Of a stretch of 64,000 nucleotides of DNA, positions 15,368 to 29,200 are shown piece after piece. Source of the DNA: Antedon mediterranea (taxonomy: Eukaryota; Animalia; Echinodermata). Position 1 is the first letter of the stretch. The number at the start of each line of letters is the position of its first letter. A program made the position numbers and the translations under genes. The stretch spans positions 1,364,001 through 1,428,000 of the forward strand of contig NC_092680.1 in NCBI RefSeq assembly GCF_964355755.1, given 5' to 3'. The notes beneath the pieces are model-generated. The model had not been told where the DNA came from, searched no databases, and saw only the letters and a program-made list of their open reading frames with translations.

Positions 15368-17199
15368 TGACACCAATGTGAGTAAGCAAACAAGAAGTCG
15401 TTTCGCCCTTGGCTTCTTAGTATTTTATTTAATACTGATACTAGTGAAACAATCAGGGAAGAATTTCGCCAGTGTAGCATAGCAAAAAGATGATACAAAA
15501 CAACCTTATTGCTACACATTTCTAAAATTGTGTATCAAAAAATACAATACAAAACTATGTTTCTTGACTCCAAAATCAGTTTGATTAGCATATATTGCTA
15601 AACAAAATTTTAAAATGAAATTTTTCCCTGACAATGCTTACAATACATATTGCAAAGCCAAGGCCGGTCATGCGCAGCCGCGCCCGTGTGAAAATTGTAA
15701 AAGTTACAGGTTTTGATGCTTCAACCCCAGCCTAGGACATGTTTTCGCTGATATCTTAATCTAGGCTTTACACTATAAAAGACAAACATTAAATTTAATT
15801 GTTTTTATATTAAAATTTAGTTTTACTTACACTTGTTATTTTGAAATATCAGACTTTAAAAGAGTACAAAAACATCGTCACGTTGTAAAAAATCAAGAAT
15901 CGTCAGCGCGTACGTATTTTTTCACAAACAATGATGACGTAATTTATGAACTATTTAATGTTAATTTGTACCCCCTTCTTCTTGTTTTACCACAGCTTAG
16001 TTTGAGATAAATATCTATTGCAGTATACAGTAAATCCTGTTGTAATCATATCTATTCTGCTTTTTTCAATGTAATAGTCTAGTGCATTGTTTGTACTGTA
16101 GCAACATGGTTAGCTATGCAGGTACAGTACTTGACAAAATTGACATTATTTGACGAAACTGTGTTAGGGAAATTAGCAGTCATAACGGTACGTCCATCTA
16201 GAAAGTGTCGGACGCGTCCAAAAATTGGACGTATTCATAACGCATTCTTGATGAATTCTTGATGCATTGGGGGGTAGTTCTGATGGGTACTGTATGCATA
16301 TGTGGCATACTGTATCCATTAATTTTTTTGTAAATTTTATAAGGAAAATACAATATTATTTGGCTTCTTTGTATAGATTAGTTATAACTTATAGTATACA
16401 GTACAGTATATCAATAATACTGTATTTTGCTTAATTTGGCAGACTTGATTTCTATAATTAAGAGAAAATTGCTTGAGCCTTGTACTCAATTAAGATGTTA
16501 GTTGTGATTAATGATGAATATAAGCGTTATGATCTGCTCTGTGCTGTGTTTCAAACCAACAGACAACATTTTGTGATTGACCGATCTATGTTGGTATCAA
16601 ATAATTATTTAAAAAGAATGTTTTATCCATGAAATTTTGGTCTAGCAGTTGTAGACTTTATCAGCGGAATAACCGGTTTCCCGCGGTGTAGACTTGAACT
16701 TAGCCAATGATGTCAGAACCGGATCATGAACATTAGAATGTTTGAAAAAGCTCCCATCCTTGTTGTGAGTTGGTTTTAGTGCCCTGATATTCCTTCATTT
16801 TACACTCTTTCTCAAACCAGCGTGTTTCCATCTTCACTTTATCCATGTTGATTGAATGATTCGAATATGAATACTGTATGTTGGGATACTTCAGATGAAG
16901 AGGGCTTGGACGTCTGTATAAAAAAATTCTTTCCTTTTTTTCATTCTTTTCGATTTGCAGTACAGTATGTCTTGTTATAAAAAGTTAAATAAGTACAGTA
17001 TTTGATGACTTGTACTTAATTGTATTTTTTTAATAGAAAATATCAAACAAAATACATTGCCTGTGGCGAGTGGACTTCTTTCTATTCATGTCTACAGTAC
17101 AGAAAATTTGTACAGCCATCATTTAAACTACATGTATTAATTATTATTTCAGATTATTTATTCTCTGTAAAGTGTAACTGATATTGCTTTAACAAAAAC

Positions 17200-18999
17200 A
17201 TGAAATACAAATGTGAACATTGTGGAGAGAAATTTGAATTAAATGCTTTAAAAGAGCATTTAGGAATACATATACAGAGCAAAGAGTTACAATGTCAACA
17301 CTCGCACACAAAATGGTTAGTTGAAGACCAGACAACCAATCAGTGCAGATATTTTGCAAAGGAATTCCACCATTGCAATGACATTTTGAAAGATCATTTA
17401 AAAACACAAACTAAAGATGTGCCTGGTGAATATTATGAATGTGGACATTGTGGGAACAAATATAAGCATCCTAGCACTTTGGTAGAACATTTAAGAGTGC
17501 ACACTGGCGAGAGACCATATGAATGTGAACATTGTGAGAAGAAATTTAAGAAAAAAGGGAGTTTGACAGAACATTTGAGAATACACACAGGAGAGACACC
17601 GTATGAATGTGAACATTGTGGGAAGAAATTTATTCGAAGTAGTGTTCTGAAAGCACATATAAGAATACACACAGGAGAGACACCATATGAATGTGAATAT
17701 TGTGGGAAGAAATTTATTCGAAATGATGATCTGAAAGTACATATAAGAATACACACTGGAGAGACACCATATGAATGTGAACATTGTGGGAAGAAATTTA
17801 TTCAAAGTGGGAATTTGAAAACACATGTAAGAATACACACAGGGGAGAGACCATATGAATGTGAACATTGTGGGAAGAAATTTAGGGAAAATGGCGTTTT
17901 GACAAAACATTTAAGAATACACACAGGAGACACACCATTTGAATGTGAACATTGTGGGACAAAATTTAAAAGAAGTTGGCATTTGAAAAGCCATTTGCGA
18001 TTACACACAGGAGAGACGTCGTATGAATGTGAACATTGTGGAAAGAAATTTAAAGGCAGTGGGCATTTGAAAACACATTTGAGAATACACACAGGAGAGA
18101 GACCATATGAATGTGAACCTTGCGGGAAGAAATTTAAGCAAAAAGGGAGTTTAACAGAACATTTGAGAATACACACAGGAGATACACCATATGAATGTGG
18201 ACAATGTGGGAAAAAATTTATTCGAAGTGGGTATTTGAAAACACATTTGAGAATACACACAGGAGAGACACCATATAAATGTGAACATTGCGGGAAGAAA
18301 TTTAAACAAAGTGGGTGTTTAAAAACACATTTGAGAATACACACAGGAGAGACACCATATGAATGTGAATATTGTGGGAAGAAATTTATTCGAAATGATG
18401 ATCTGAAAGTACATATAAGAATACACACTGGAGAGACACCATATGAATGTGAACATTGTGGGAAGAAATTTATTCGAAGTGGGTATTTGAAAACACATTT
18501 GAGAATACACACAGGAGAGACGCCATATAAATGTGAACATTGCGGGAAGAAATTTAATCAAAGTGGGTGTTTAAAAACACATTTGAGAATACACACAGGA
18601 GAGACACCATATGAATGTGAATATTGTGGGAAGAAATTTATTCGAAATGATGATCTGAAAGTACATATAAGAATACACACTGGAGAGACACCATATGAAT
18701 GTGAACATTGTGGGAAGAAATTTATTCGAAGTGGGAATTTGAAAACACATGTAAGAATACACACAGGGGAGAGACCATATGAATGTGAACATTGTGGGAA
18801 GAAATTTAAGAAAACTAGCACTTTGACGGAACATTTAAGAATACACACAGGAGAGACACCATATGAATGTGAACATTGCGGGAGAAAATTTAAACAAAAT
18901 GGGTCTTTAAAAAGACATTTGCGAATACACACAGGAGAGAAACCATATAAATGTGAGCATATGATTGTGGAAACAAATTTAAAAGAAGTGGGTATTTGA
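17200..18999 (+). CDS. Tandem C2H2 zinc-finger protein, cassette 3 (18 tandem fingers); frameshift near 18960, further fingers to 19205
   Basis: Paralogous to cassette 1, including the upstream region (16145-17200 vs 3775-4374). Confidence 0.87.
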   Translation: MKYKCEHCGEKFELNALKEHLGIHIQSKELQCQHSHTKWLVEDQTTNQCRYFAKEFHHCNDILKDHLKTQTKDVPGEYYECGHCGNKYKHPSTLVEHLRVHTGERPYECEHCEKKFKKKGSLTEHLRIHTGETPYECEHCGKKFIRSSVLKAHIRIHTGETPYECEYCGKKFIRNDDLKVHIRIHTGETPYECEHCGKKFIQSGNLKTHVRIHTGERPYECEHCGKKFRENGVLTKHLRIHTGDTPFECEHCGTKFKRSWHLKSHLRLHTGETSYECEHCGKKFKGSGHLKTHLRIHTGERPYECEPCGKKFKQKGSLTEHLRIHTGDTPYECGQCGKKFIRSGYLKTHLRIHTGETPYKCEHCGKKFKQSGCLKTHLRIHTGETPYECEYCGKKFIRNDDLKVHIRIHTGETPYECEHCGKKFIRSGYLKTHLRIHTGETPYKCEHCGKKFNQSGCLKTHLRIHTGETPYECEYCGKKFIRNDDLKVHIRIHTGETPYECEHCGKKFIRSGNLKTHVRIHTGERPYECEHCGKKFKKTSTLTEHLRIHTGETPYECEHCGRKFKQNGSLKRHLRIHTGEKPYKCEHMIVETNLKEVGI

Positions 19000-19897
19000 A
19001 AATCCATTTCAGAATACACACAGGAGAGACACCATATGAATGTGAACATTGTGGAACGAAATATAAACAAACTTGGTCGTGGGAAAGACATTTGGGAATA
19101 CACAAAGGAGAGAAACCATATGAATGTGAACATTGTAGGAAAAAATTTAAGCAAAATGACCATTTGACAGAACATTTGAGAATACACACAGGAGAGACAC
19201 CATAATGGGAAACAAATTTAACAATGATCATTTGAGAAAGTACAGTACAAACAGTTTACAGTGGTCATGTTGTGGGAAGACATTTTTTACATTAAACAAT
19301 AAAGCACTTTTTAAAAAAGTGGATATAAAAAAGCACCCAAGGTTTGAACAATCTTTAAAAGTTTAAATAGCCAAAAAATAGATATAATAGTGTAGTACCA
19401 CTGTACAGGTTGTGTGAATAAACTAAAATAAGTTTATAAAATAAGTTGCCAGAAACTATTGGACATTTTTTTTGTCATATTTTGTCGTATTTTTTATTAA
19501 CACATAAGACATAAGACATACTTATTAACTGCAAAGAAGAAATTACAGGAGCTTGAAAAACAACAAGGTAAAACATATACACACAAAAAAAGATCAGACC
19601 ACCCCACAAGTTATCTTTTATGATCTTCATTTAAGAAAGACACACCTGAGTGTTTGATGAGGAACAGTATAAGCCGACCTAACTGCCATGGGATTTACTA
19701 ATTACATTATAATTATGAATTGATGCGTTCCAAACCATCGGCCTACGTGATAAGATGTGCTGTTAATAAGTCATTGACACTTTATATGTGCCGATAAATT
19801 TTGTATTTTATTTTGTTTAAAAAAAATTATGTATAAATAAAAACTAAACTAAATTATTATCATTTCAGATTATTGTTTGTAATTGACATTGCCTTAA

Positions 19898-20523
19898 AGA
19901 CCCCTTCCCTGCAATTTTGGACGTTTTTTGGAAAATAATACATATATATCACTTTAAAAACATTAAACCATGTCATTCCTTGTCTTAAATGTACGTTTTA
20001 TGGTAAATTATGATAAAAAGTGAGAAACAATGCACTACCTAAGTAGCTCGCGGCGATCGACCTCTCGTGGACGGTCTCAGGCCTAGCCTAGCTAGGCTTA
20101 GTTTTGTAGGCCTAGCTGGTAAACATCGGTAACGTACGAACATCGTACGCTAGCTATATACCTAGTCTGACGTTGTATAGTTGCTGCATTAATTATCTTT
20201 CTATTTTTGCCAGACTCCGTTGATACAAATTGGGGAAAACCCAGTATTTTCCCTGAAAAGTTAGGAGTCTTCCATTTGTTTTGGCTTCACGATCGATCGA
20301 AAAGTGGGCGAATTACAGGTGAAAAACAACAATATCAATCCGCGCGCAATGCATTTTGGGATTTATAGCGGGCCGCTATAATTATTAAAATCGATTTATT
20401 TTTCACATTTTTAACCGTTTAAAGACGAAAAAAGTTATCGCAATAGGACCATATAGTATTATTTTTACATTAAATATAGTTTGTGATCTTAAATTAGATC
20501 TAAAAAACGTAGGGAATGGGGCT
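19898..20523. mobile_element. Kolobok-like non-autonomous DNA transposon (626 bp)
   Basis: TTAA duplicated at 19894-19897 and 20524-20527; imperfect TIRs agaccccttccctgc / gtagggaatggggct (AG..CT termini); paralogous cassettes show the empty site. Confidence 0.8.
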
Positions 20524-20540
20524 TTAACAAAAAAAAAAAC

Positions 20541-21997
20541 ATGAAATACAAATGTGAACATTGTGGAGATAAATTTGAATTAAATGCTTTAAAAGAGCAT
20601 TTAGGAATACATATACAGAGCAAAGAGTTACAATGTCAACACTGTGACAACATGTTTAGACCAGGCAACCTTTCAATGCAGATATTGTGCAAAGGAATTC
20701 CATTGTAATGACATTCTGAAAGAGCATTTAAAAACACACACTAAAGATGTGCCTGATGAATATGAATGTGAAAATTGTGGGAAGAAATTCAAAAGAAGTT
20801 GGCATTTGAAAACACATTTGAGAATACACACAGGAGAGAAACCATATGAATGTGAACATTGTGAGAAGAAATTTATTCAAAGTGGTGATCTGAAAACACA
20901 TGTAAGAATACACACAGGAGAGACACCATATGAATGTGAACATTGTGGGAAGAAATTTAGAAGAAGTGGGCATTTGAAAATCCATTTGAGAATACACACA
21001 GGAGAGACACCATTTGAATGTGAACATTGTGGGAAGAAATTTAGAAGAAGTGGGCATTTGAAAATCCATTTGAGAATACACACAGGAGAGAAACCATATC
21101 AATGTGAACATTGTGGGAAACAATTTAAGCAATGTGCACATTTGACAGAACATTTAAGAATACACACAGGAGAGAAACCATATCAATGTGAACATTGTGG
21201 GAAACAATTAAAAAAAATGGTGATCTGAAAAGACATATAAGAAAACACACAGGAGAGACACCATACAAATGTGAACATTGTGAGAAGAGATTTAAGGAAA
21301 ATAGCAATTTGACAAAACATTTAAGAATACACACAGGAGAGACACCATATGAATGTGAACAATGTGGGAAAAAATTTATTCGAGGTGGGTATTTGAAAAT
21401 CCATTTGAGAATACACACAGGAGAGACACCATTTGAATGTGAACATTGTGGGAAGAAATTTATTCAAAGTGGTGATCTGAAAACACATGTAAGAATACAC
21501 ACAGGAGAGACACCATATGAATGTGAACATTGTGGAAAGAAATTTAAAAAAAGTGGGCATTTGAAAAGACATTTCAGAATACACACAGGAGAGACACCAT
21601 ATGAATGTGAACATTGTGGAAAGAAATTCAAAAGCAGTGGGCATTTGAAAAGACATTTCAGAATACACAAAGATTGAAACCATATGAATGTGAACATAGT
21701 GGGAAATAATTTAAACAAAATTGCCATTTGACAGACACCGTATGAATGTGAACATTGTGTGAAAAAATTTAAAAGAAGTGGGCATTTGACAGAACATTTA
21801 AGAATACACACAGGAGAGACGCCATATGAATGTGAACATTGTGGGGAGAAATTTAAACAAAATTGCCATTTGACAAAACATTTGAGAATTTACACAGGAG
21901 AGACGTCGTATTAATGTGAACATTGTGGGAAAAAAATTTAAAGGAAGTGGGCATTTGAAAAAACATTTAAGAATACAAACAGGAGAGACACCATAAT
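20541..21997 (+). pseudogene. C2H2 zinc-finger cassette 4, pseudogene
   Basis: 50-nt deletion near 20647 relative to cassette 2, frameshifts near 21210 and 21672, stop codons, and a MITE in the leader. Confidence 0.85.
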
Positions 21998-22547
21998 GGG
22001 AAATAAAATTTAACTTTAACAATAATCATTAGAGAAAGTACACACAGTTTACAGTGGCCATGTTGTGGGAAGACATTTTTACAATCATTAAACCATAAAA
22101 CACTATTTAAAAGAGGGGATATAAAAAAGCACTTATGGTTTTAACAATCTTTAAAAGTTTGAATAGCCAAAAAATAGATATAGTGTAGTACCAGTACAGG
22201 TTGTGAGAATAAACAAAAATAATTTGAAATAAAATAAATTGCTAGAAACTGTTGGCCATTTCATTTGTCATATTTTGTCGTATTCTTTATTAACACAGTG
22301 TTTGGTGAGGAACAGTATAAGCTGGCCTGAATACAATGTTATTTACTAATTACGTAATAATTATGCGTTCCAAACCATTGGCCTACATGATAAGATGTGC
22401 TGTAAATAAGTCATTGACACTTTATATGTGCCGATGGATTTCGTATTTTATTTTTGGTTTTTGAAAATTATGTATAAATGAAACTAAACTAAATTATTAT
22501 TATTTCAGATTATTGTTTCTTAATGACATTGCTTTAACAAAAAAAAA

Positions 22548-23795
22548 ATGAACTACAAATGTGAACATTGTGGAGATAAATTTGAATTAAATGCTTTAAA
22601 AGAGCATTTAGGAATACATATACAGAGCAAAGAGTTACAATGTCAACACTCGCACACAAAATGGTTAGTTGAAGACCAGACAACCAATCAATGCAGATTT
22701 TGTGCAAAGGAATTCTATTGTAATGACATTCTGAAAGATCATTTAAAAACACAAACTAAAGATGTGCCTGGTGAATATTATGAATGTGGACATTGTGGGA
22801 ACAAATATAAGCATCCTAGCACTTTGGTAGAACATTTAAGAGTGCACACTGGCGAGAGACCATATGAATGTGAACATTGTGAGAAGAAATTTAAGAAAAA
22901 AGGGAGTTTGACAGAACATTTGAGAATACACACAGGAGAGACACCGTATGAATGTGAACATTGTGGGAAGAAATTTATTCGAAGTGGTGTTCTGAAAGCA
23001 CATATAAGAATACACACAGGAGAGACACCATATGAATGTGAATATTGTGGGAAGAAATTTATTCGAAATGATGATCTGAAAGTACATATAAGAATACACA
23101 CTGGAGAGACACCATATGAATGTGAACATTGTGGGAAGAAATTTATTCAAAGTGGGAATTTGAAAACACATATAAGAATACACACAGGGGAGAGACCATA
23201 TGAATGTGAACATTGTGGGAAAAAATTTAAGCAAACTAGCACTTTGACAGAGCATTTAAGAATACACACAGGCGAAAAACCATATGAATGTGAACATTGT
23301 GGGAAAAAATTTACTCAAAGTAATGGTCTCAAAACACATTTAAAAATACGCACAGGAGAGAGACCATATGAATGTGAACATTGTCAGAAGACATTTATTC
23401 ATAAAGGGAGTTTGACGAGACATTTGAGAAAACACTTGAAGAAAGACAAACCATATGAATGTGAACATTGTGGGAAGAAGTTTGTTCAAAGTGTTGCCTT
23501 GAAAGTACATTTGAGAAAACACACAAAAAAGAAACCACATGAATGTGAACATTGTGGGAAGAAATTTAGTCATAAAAGTAAACTGAAAAGACATTTGAGA
23601 AAACACAATAAAGAGAAACCGTATGAATGTGAAAAATGTGGAAAAACATTTAAACGAAGTCACGGTTTTAAAAAACATCAGAGAATACACACTGGAGTCG
23701 CATATAAATGTAAACATTGTGGGAAGAAATTTAATCGAAATGGCCGTTTGAAAAGACATTTGAGACAACATATTCAGGAGGAGGCACACATATGA
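22548..23795 (+). CDS. Tandem C2H2 zinc-finger protein, cassette 5 (intact 415-aa ORF, ~12 tandem fingers, divergent C-terminal fingers)
   Basis: N-terminal half nearly identical to cassette 3; last fingers have distinct linkers (KKDKPY, KKKPH, KEKPY). Confidence 0.9.
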   Translation: MNYKCEHCGDKFELNALKEHLGIHIQSKELQCQHSHTKWLVEDQTTNQCRFCAKEFYCNDILKDHLKTQTKDVPGEYYECGHCGNKYKHPSTLVEHLRVHTGERPYECEHCEKKFKKKGSLTEHLRIHTGETPYECEHCGKKFIRSGVLKAHIRIHTGETPYECEYCGKKFIRNDDLKVHIRIHTGETPYECEHCGKKFIQSGNLKTHIRIHTGERPYECEHCGKKFKQTSTLTEHLRIHTGEKPYECEHCGKKFTQSNGLKTHLKIRTGERPYECEHCQKTFIHKGSLTRHLRKHLKKDKPYECEHCGKKFVQSVALKVHLRKHTKKKPHECEHCGKKFSHKSKLKRHLRKHNKEKPYECEKCGKTFKRSHGFKKHQRIHTGVAYKCKHCGKKFNRNGRLKRHLRQHIQEEAHI

Positions 23796-23837
23796 ATGTG
23801 ACTATATTAAAAATACACAATTAGAGATAACTTATTA

Positions 23838-24208
23838 GTGTATCTGAGTGAGGTTAAGACAGTGGAACCGTAATTATGTAGCAGTTCGAGGCTCACTCAC
23901 TCCAGGGTTATGATGGAAGAACAAGTTTTCTCGGATAAGGACTATAAACCGTAGGTCTATTGTACACATCTAGCTCATGTGCATTTTAAAGAACCCAGTA
24001 CATCTTTTGAGACAAGTAGGGTGTTACCCGGTGTACTAGTTCACACACAGCCACTGACGTGTCATGAACAGGTGAGAGACAGCCTTAAAGTGGCTGCACT
24101 GACATGACCCTTAGGGAAGAAGCATGTAGTTGAAAAGTGTAACACAGTGCCAATGAGCAGTGATTCATTCATTGGAATTTGGCGCTATACAAAAACTTTT
24201 ATATTATT
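23838..24208 (+). mobile_element. tRNA-derived SINE with Deu-like central domain and L2-type tail
   Basis: ctcggataaggactataaaccgtaggtc...taaagaaccca...agtagggtgttacccggtgt resembles the DeuSINE core (from memory); tail gcgctatacaaa..tattatt. Confidence 0.65.
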
Positions 24209-26258
24209 TTAGGAAGAAATTATTGTTAGGCCAGTTAAAAACATATTTAAAAATACACACTCATTCCATCAATGCAAATATTGGGGAAACCATTAAGAAC
24301 ATTATAAGAAAAACTTGTTAGTAAATTATAAAACTTTAAAACTATAGCTTCTTGATTTGAATTTGCATTTCTATTAATTTTATCATGTTGTGTAGTGTTG
24401 TATATATTTATTTTATAAAGACACCCTGTAATTGATGGCGGTATTGCTGTTGGATGTAATTGTAATGAAATGAAAATATTAAAATATTAATAATTTATAC
24501 CTGTACTGCAATATGGCAAAGCTCATTGATGGAAGATTAACAGCCTCAGTTTGAAAGTTTATTTCCAAATAATTGAATAGAAAAAACTCGAAAAAGTTTG
24601 AATATGTAATAATGGCAAAAATAATTAAAAGTAAACTATAATTAATAATAGGTTTGTTTCTAGCATATTTTTGTGAAATTGTGGACTAATGTATCAATCA
24701 TGAATAATATTATTCGTAAACGCAACACAATATACATTATTTAACACATATTTATAAATAAATTATTAAATAGTTTATCCATCCTGTAATTGGTGAGTTA
24801 CTCGCTGTTGGATGAGTATGAATAAAAAAAAAAATAATAATAATATTTAATACACAAAAAAACATACTGTTATAAAGCATCTTTTTCATTTCCATCTTCA
24901 ACCAATGTCAAATTTTAAAAGGCAGCACTAGAATTTGTTATTTGGGTGTATAATAGATATTGTATATAGAGATATGCACAACACACATTGCATTTTTTAC
25001 AAAGTCACATTACCAATAATGTACCCCCAAAAACATGAAAAATTAAAGTGAATAACTATTACTTTACATTAATTTGGAAAAAAAAAAAATTATTAAGGGG
25101 ACAATATATCTTTAAATATCACTACAGTATTCTGTAGGTAGTAATAATAACTAATACATAAAGTAACTCATCAAATGACAAGGATACGCTCAGGTGTGTT
25201 ATAATTTCAAACGATAATGTCAGAGCATGCATATTGTTTTTATTTTATATATACCGGTAATTCTCAAAATTTTTACAGAAATTACCGTAATAGTACTGTA
25301 TTAGAATTTTGTAAAAAATCAGAATCTACTCAGCGACCAAATTCCACTTTTTTAGTTAAATGGGAAGAATATTTCATTCGTTTAAAGCCCTGGAAATATT
25401 CTCCCCATCGCATTTACTAAAGCATGTAAAGATATAAAGCAAAGATCTTATACTATTACTAGTATAAAGTTATGAAAATAAAATAAGCTTGAGGGCTCAC
25501 TTCATCCATGGAAAGGTCGAGTCACAACAAACCGTACGTGCACGGCGGTGGTACATATTACACATCTAGGCCTAGCTGGTAGGCTAACATTAAATACAGT
25601 TTAAAATATATAGGGTTATCGTCTAAATATTTAAAGCAATTAGAAAACAATATCTCTTTTTGATATAACAGGTTTGTTTTCGAAACATTTTAGTAATACG
25701 TTATAGGCTAGCTAGTAAGTAGGCCTAGCTAGGCCTAGCCTCTCTAGCTAGTATAGGCCTAGCCTAGCTAGTAGTAGGCCTGGCCCTATGGATTCCCGGC
25801 CCTATATAGCTAAGCTAAGCCTACACTCTAGGATCCCTCTGCTGTATAGGCTAGTCTAGCTAGGCTAGACCAGGTAGGAAGAAGTGGCTAACACTCAGGC
25901 TAGCTAGGCCGGGCCTTTACTTTATATTATAGCCTAGCTAGGACTAGACCTTAAATAAAGTAGTAGGCTGTAGCATGTTAATGTAGGAGATCTCGCTAGT
26001 CACGAACGGGTGGAAAAGCGGGCTAGCTAACCATGGAGGTATCCTCAATGAGCTAACTAAGGTATAAACTATAAGAAAGGCTAACTAAACTAGGCCTAAC
26101 TTAATTACTAATAAATTTGTTTAATATATACAAATATTATTAAATAATGAATAGGAGGGGTGCCTATTATTATATATTATTTGTTATCACATAACTTAGT
26201 AACTGCTGTAGCCATTCAACACCCTTTTTTCCTAAATTAATAGAATGATGCAAATTTT

Positions 26259-29200
26259 ATGACCATGACTGCTGTGAAAATTCATTGGAAGAAGGGACTA
26301 CTGTTGCTTTTTATGTCCACATGTCTTATTTGTTTATACTTCAGCAAGACTAACAGTCAACGTAAGTTTAAATTGTGATTAAAAAGAACAATCAAATTCA
26401 CACAGCATCTGTGTAGGATAATCAACATACATACTTATATTTATTTTTTTATTTTTTATTAAACTGCATCACGATTTACAAACCATAATTAAAACATAAA
26501 GATAATTATAATGTGACAGTAAACAGTTTAGGGGAAAATAATTACACCTCCCAAAAAAAAAAAAAACAGCATTAACTGCATGGTTTAGGATGGAAAACCT
26601 TTTGGCACTTAAACTGTTAGAGATAAAATGTGTATAAACAGCGACCAGCACAATGCCTAGAGACACATTTACATATTTCAATTCATAAAATGATTGTTTA
26701 TGGAATTTAATTTTACATAATTTATTTATATTATTTACCATATACTTGTAATAAATCTGGGAAAAACGCTGAACGTTTTACAATTCTTTAATATATACTT
26801 GTATATTACATTTCAGACCAAAGAAATGTTGGTCCAATATTGGACAGGAATTTAGATTTGGAGAAGAAAGTCCAAGATTCTGAACATGAGAATCAGTTGC
26901 TGAAAACTCAGCTAAGGTATCAATGTCATTGTGTTGTTTATTTTATGTTATATTTCATTATGTTATATTGCACTTATATTATGTTATATTGCACTTATAT
27001 TATGTTCTATTGCACTTATATTATGTTATATTGCACTTGTATTATGTTATATTGCACTGTACTATCTAAATAACTTTATAAAGTTTTCTAATTACTATTC
27101 AATACTGGACTTTTCTTAAGGTTAACCGGTCTCTTTGTACTGATTAAGTACACCTTCAGAATATGGCCAGCCGAGGCCAAGGTGTCCAGTTGGGAGATTT
27201 AACTGTGGTATTGTTTCAACGATTCTTTCTATAAGGCAGAGGCCTATTAATTGTGATTTGTGCCAATGCACACAATTGATTTGACTACTGTAATAATAAT
27301 TACCATTAATCATTTAGTGAAACACTTGCTATCAATTTAAAAATGTAAGATGTTAATTGTTAAAACAGAAAACCTTTAACTGATTTCTCTTTATTATTTT
27401 AATATTTAAACATCCATTTCATTAAAAAAAAGGTTTAACATACTCTAATATTGTGCGTGTCGATCATATTATATTTTATACTGTATACTAGAAGCGCCGT
27501 ATACAAATGTTTGAATCACTATAGTCCTCATAGGATTCTGTGGAAGTGATGTGACAATAGTTTTACCAGACCTTTTACCCGTTTATATTTTTATACAGAA
27601 TATCTCAGAGCCAATTACAACATACTTATGAACTGTATGAACAACTCAAAGAAGAACGAAATATATCATCTTCTGTCAACCAATCAGATTGTCGGAGTAA
27701 GATAACGATGCCAAAATGCGAGGTATGATTGGCCAATGTCTAAAGCTCTGTCTACACCATCAAACTTTATGTGACAAAAAATGTGATGTGCTCATATATG
27801 GACACGATGATGTCACACTTTTTTTGTCAAGCTAGTTTGATAGTGTGAACGGAGCTTAATATTAAGGAGACATCTTCAGGACGCAGTGTCCCTTTAATAG
27901 AAATATCTTTTAAAGATTTCTATTTTTAATTATATTATTTAGTTAATTTTAGTTGTCAAATGTTATATTGTCCATGTATTGTTCTGAGAGTCAACTTCAG
28001 CTGGATGGACCATCCTCGTAAATATTGTTGAAGTAATTTTTTTATATCCAAAAGAAGAGCTTCTGCTGTATTCATTTGAGCTATTAATACCAAGCTTGCT
28101 TATACTATTCCTGTTATGTGTTTAATATCTACCTTCTATAATATTGTTATTCTATAATTATTATCTATTTCATAATTGTTTTTTACAGGTTATTCATATA
28201 GCAATAGTATGTGCTGGTCACAATTCAAGTCGTGAAGTTATCACCTTGATTAAATCCATTCTTTTCTATCGTAAAAATCCTCTACACTTTCACTTTATCT
28301 CAGATGAAATAGCTCAACTAACTCTTAGCACATTATTCAAAACATGGGATCTGCCAGGGCGTAAGTATATTGTATTGTTTAAAAAATGAAAAAAATAAAT
28401 TTTCAATAGGCCATTTTGTAGTTTTAATAAGGTTATTCACTTTTGAACAAAAAATAATGATTTCACTTATAAAAAAAAGATAAACAGTTTTTAATTTAAC
28501 CAACAATCAGACAATGGACGCCTGAATGACTATTTTTCTTTGAGTTACAGTTTAAATAGGTAAATAAATTTGGTTTTTTCCCCGATCCAATTTGTGGTCA
28601 AAGTGAATAACTATTATGTGGTGTGGTGATTCACTTTTGGAATGTTTTGTGTCTCTATTTCTCTCTGTTATTGGTCTCATCTATTATATTTTTGTATCTT
28701 TGTACTGTCCTCGTTTTGAGATGAATGAATGAAATAAAAAAAGAAATTCTTTGATAATAATTTCATTATTAAAAATAAAAACAAATTCAAATGTGCACTC
28801 ATAAGCTGCTACCTATAGAACTGATAGTCATGACTGTGAATTGGAGCCATACTGGTATAGCAAGGATACCGATTTTGAAAAGCTTTGAATTACTGATTTT
28901 AATCATATTGTTTGTTTTCTTTTAGTTGAAGTTAGTTTTTATTTAGCAGAAACGTACAAGGTAAGTGAATTTATTTATTTATTTATTTTGTTTTCTTTCA
29001 GTAGGGTAGCCCTCTCATAATAATATAACACTGCTTTTCCGAGGGGCCCTACGACGCATTGTTATTGTGGCATGGGTTGGCTAAGGTGTTAGAGATCTAT
29101 TATTATTTATCTTATATTACAAATAAATTTTAATAAAAAATTCAATTTATGCTAATTTTTGGCAATCATCATCATAAAAATATATACAGTACTATTACTT

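Noticed and set aside
16560-16915. Minus-strand coding-like segment upstream of ZNF cassettes 1 and 3
   Set aside because: Stops and indels differ between the two copies and no motif is recognisable.
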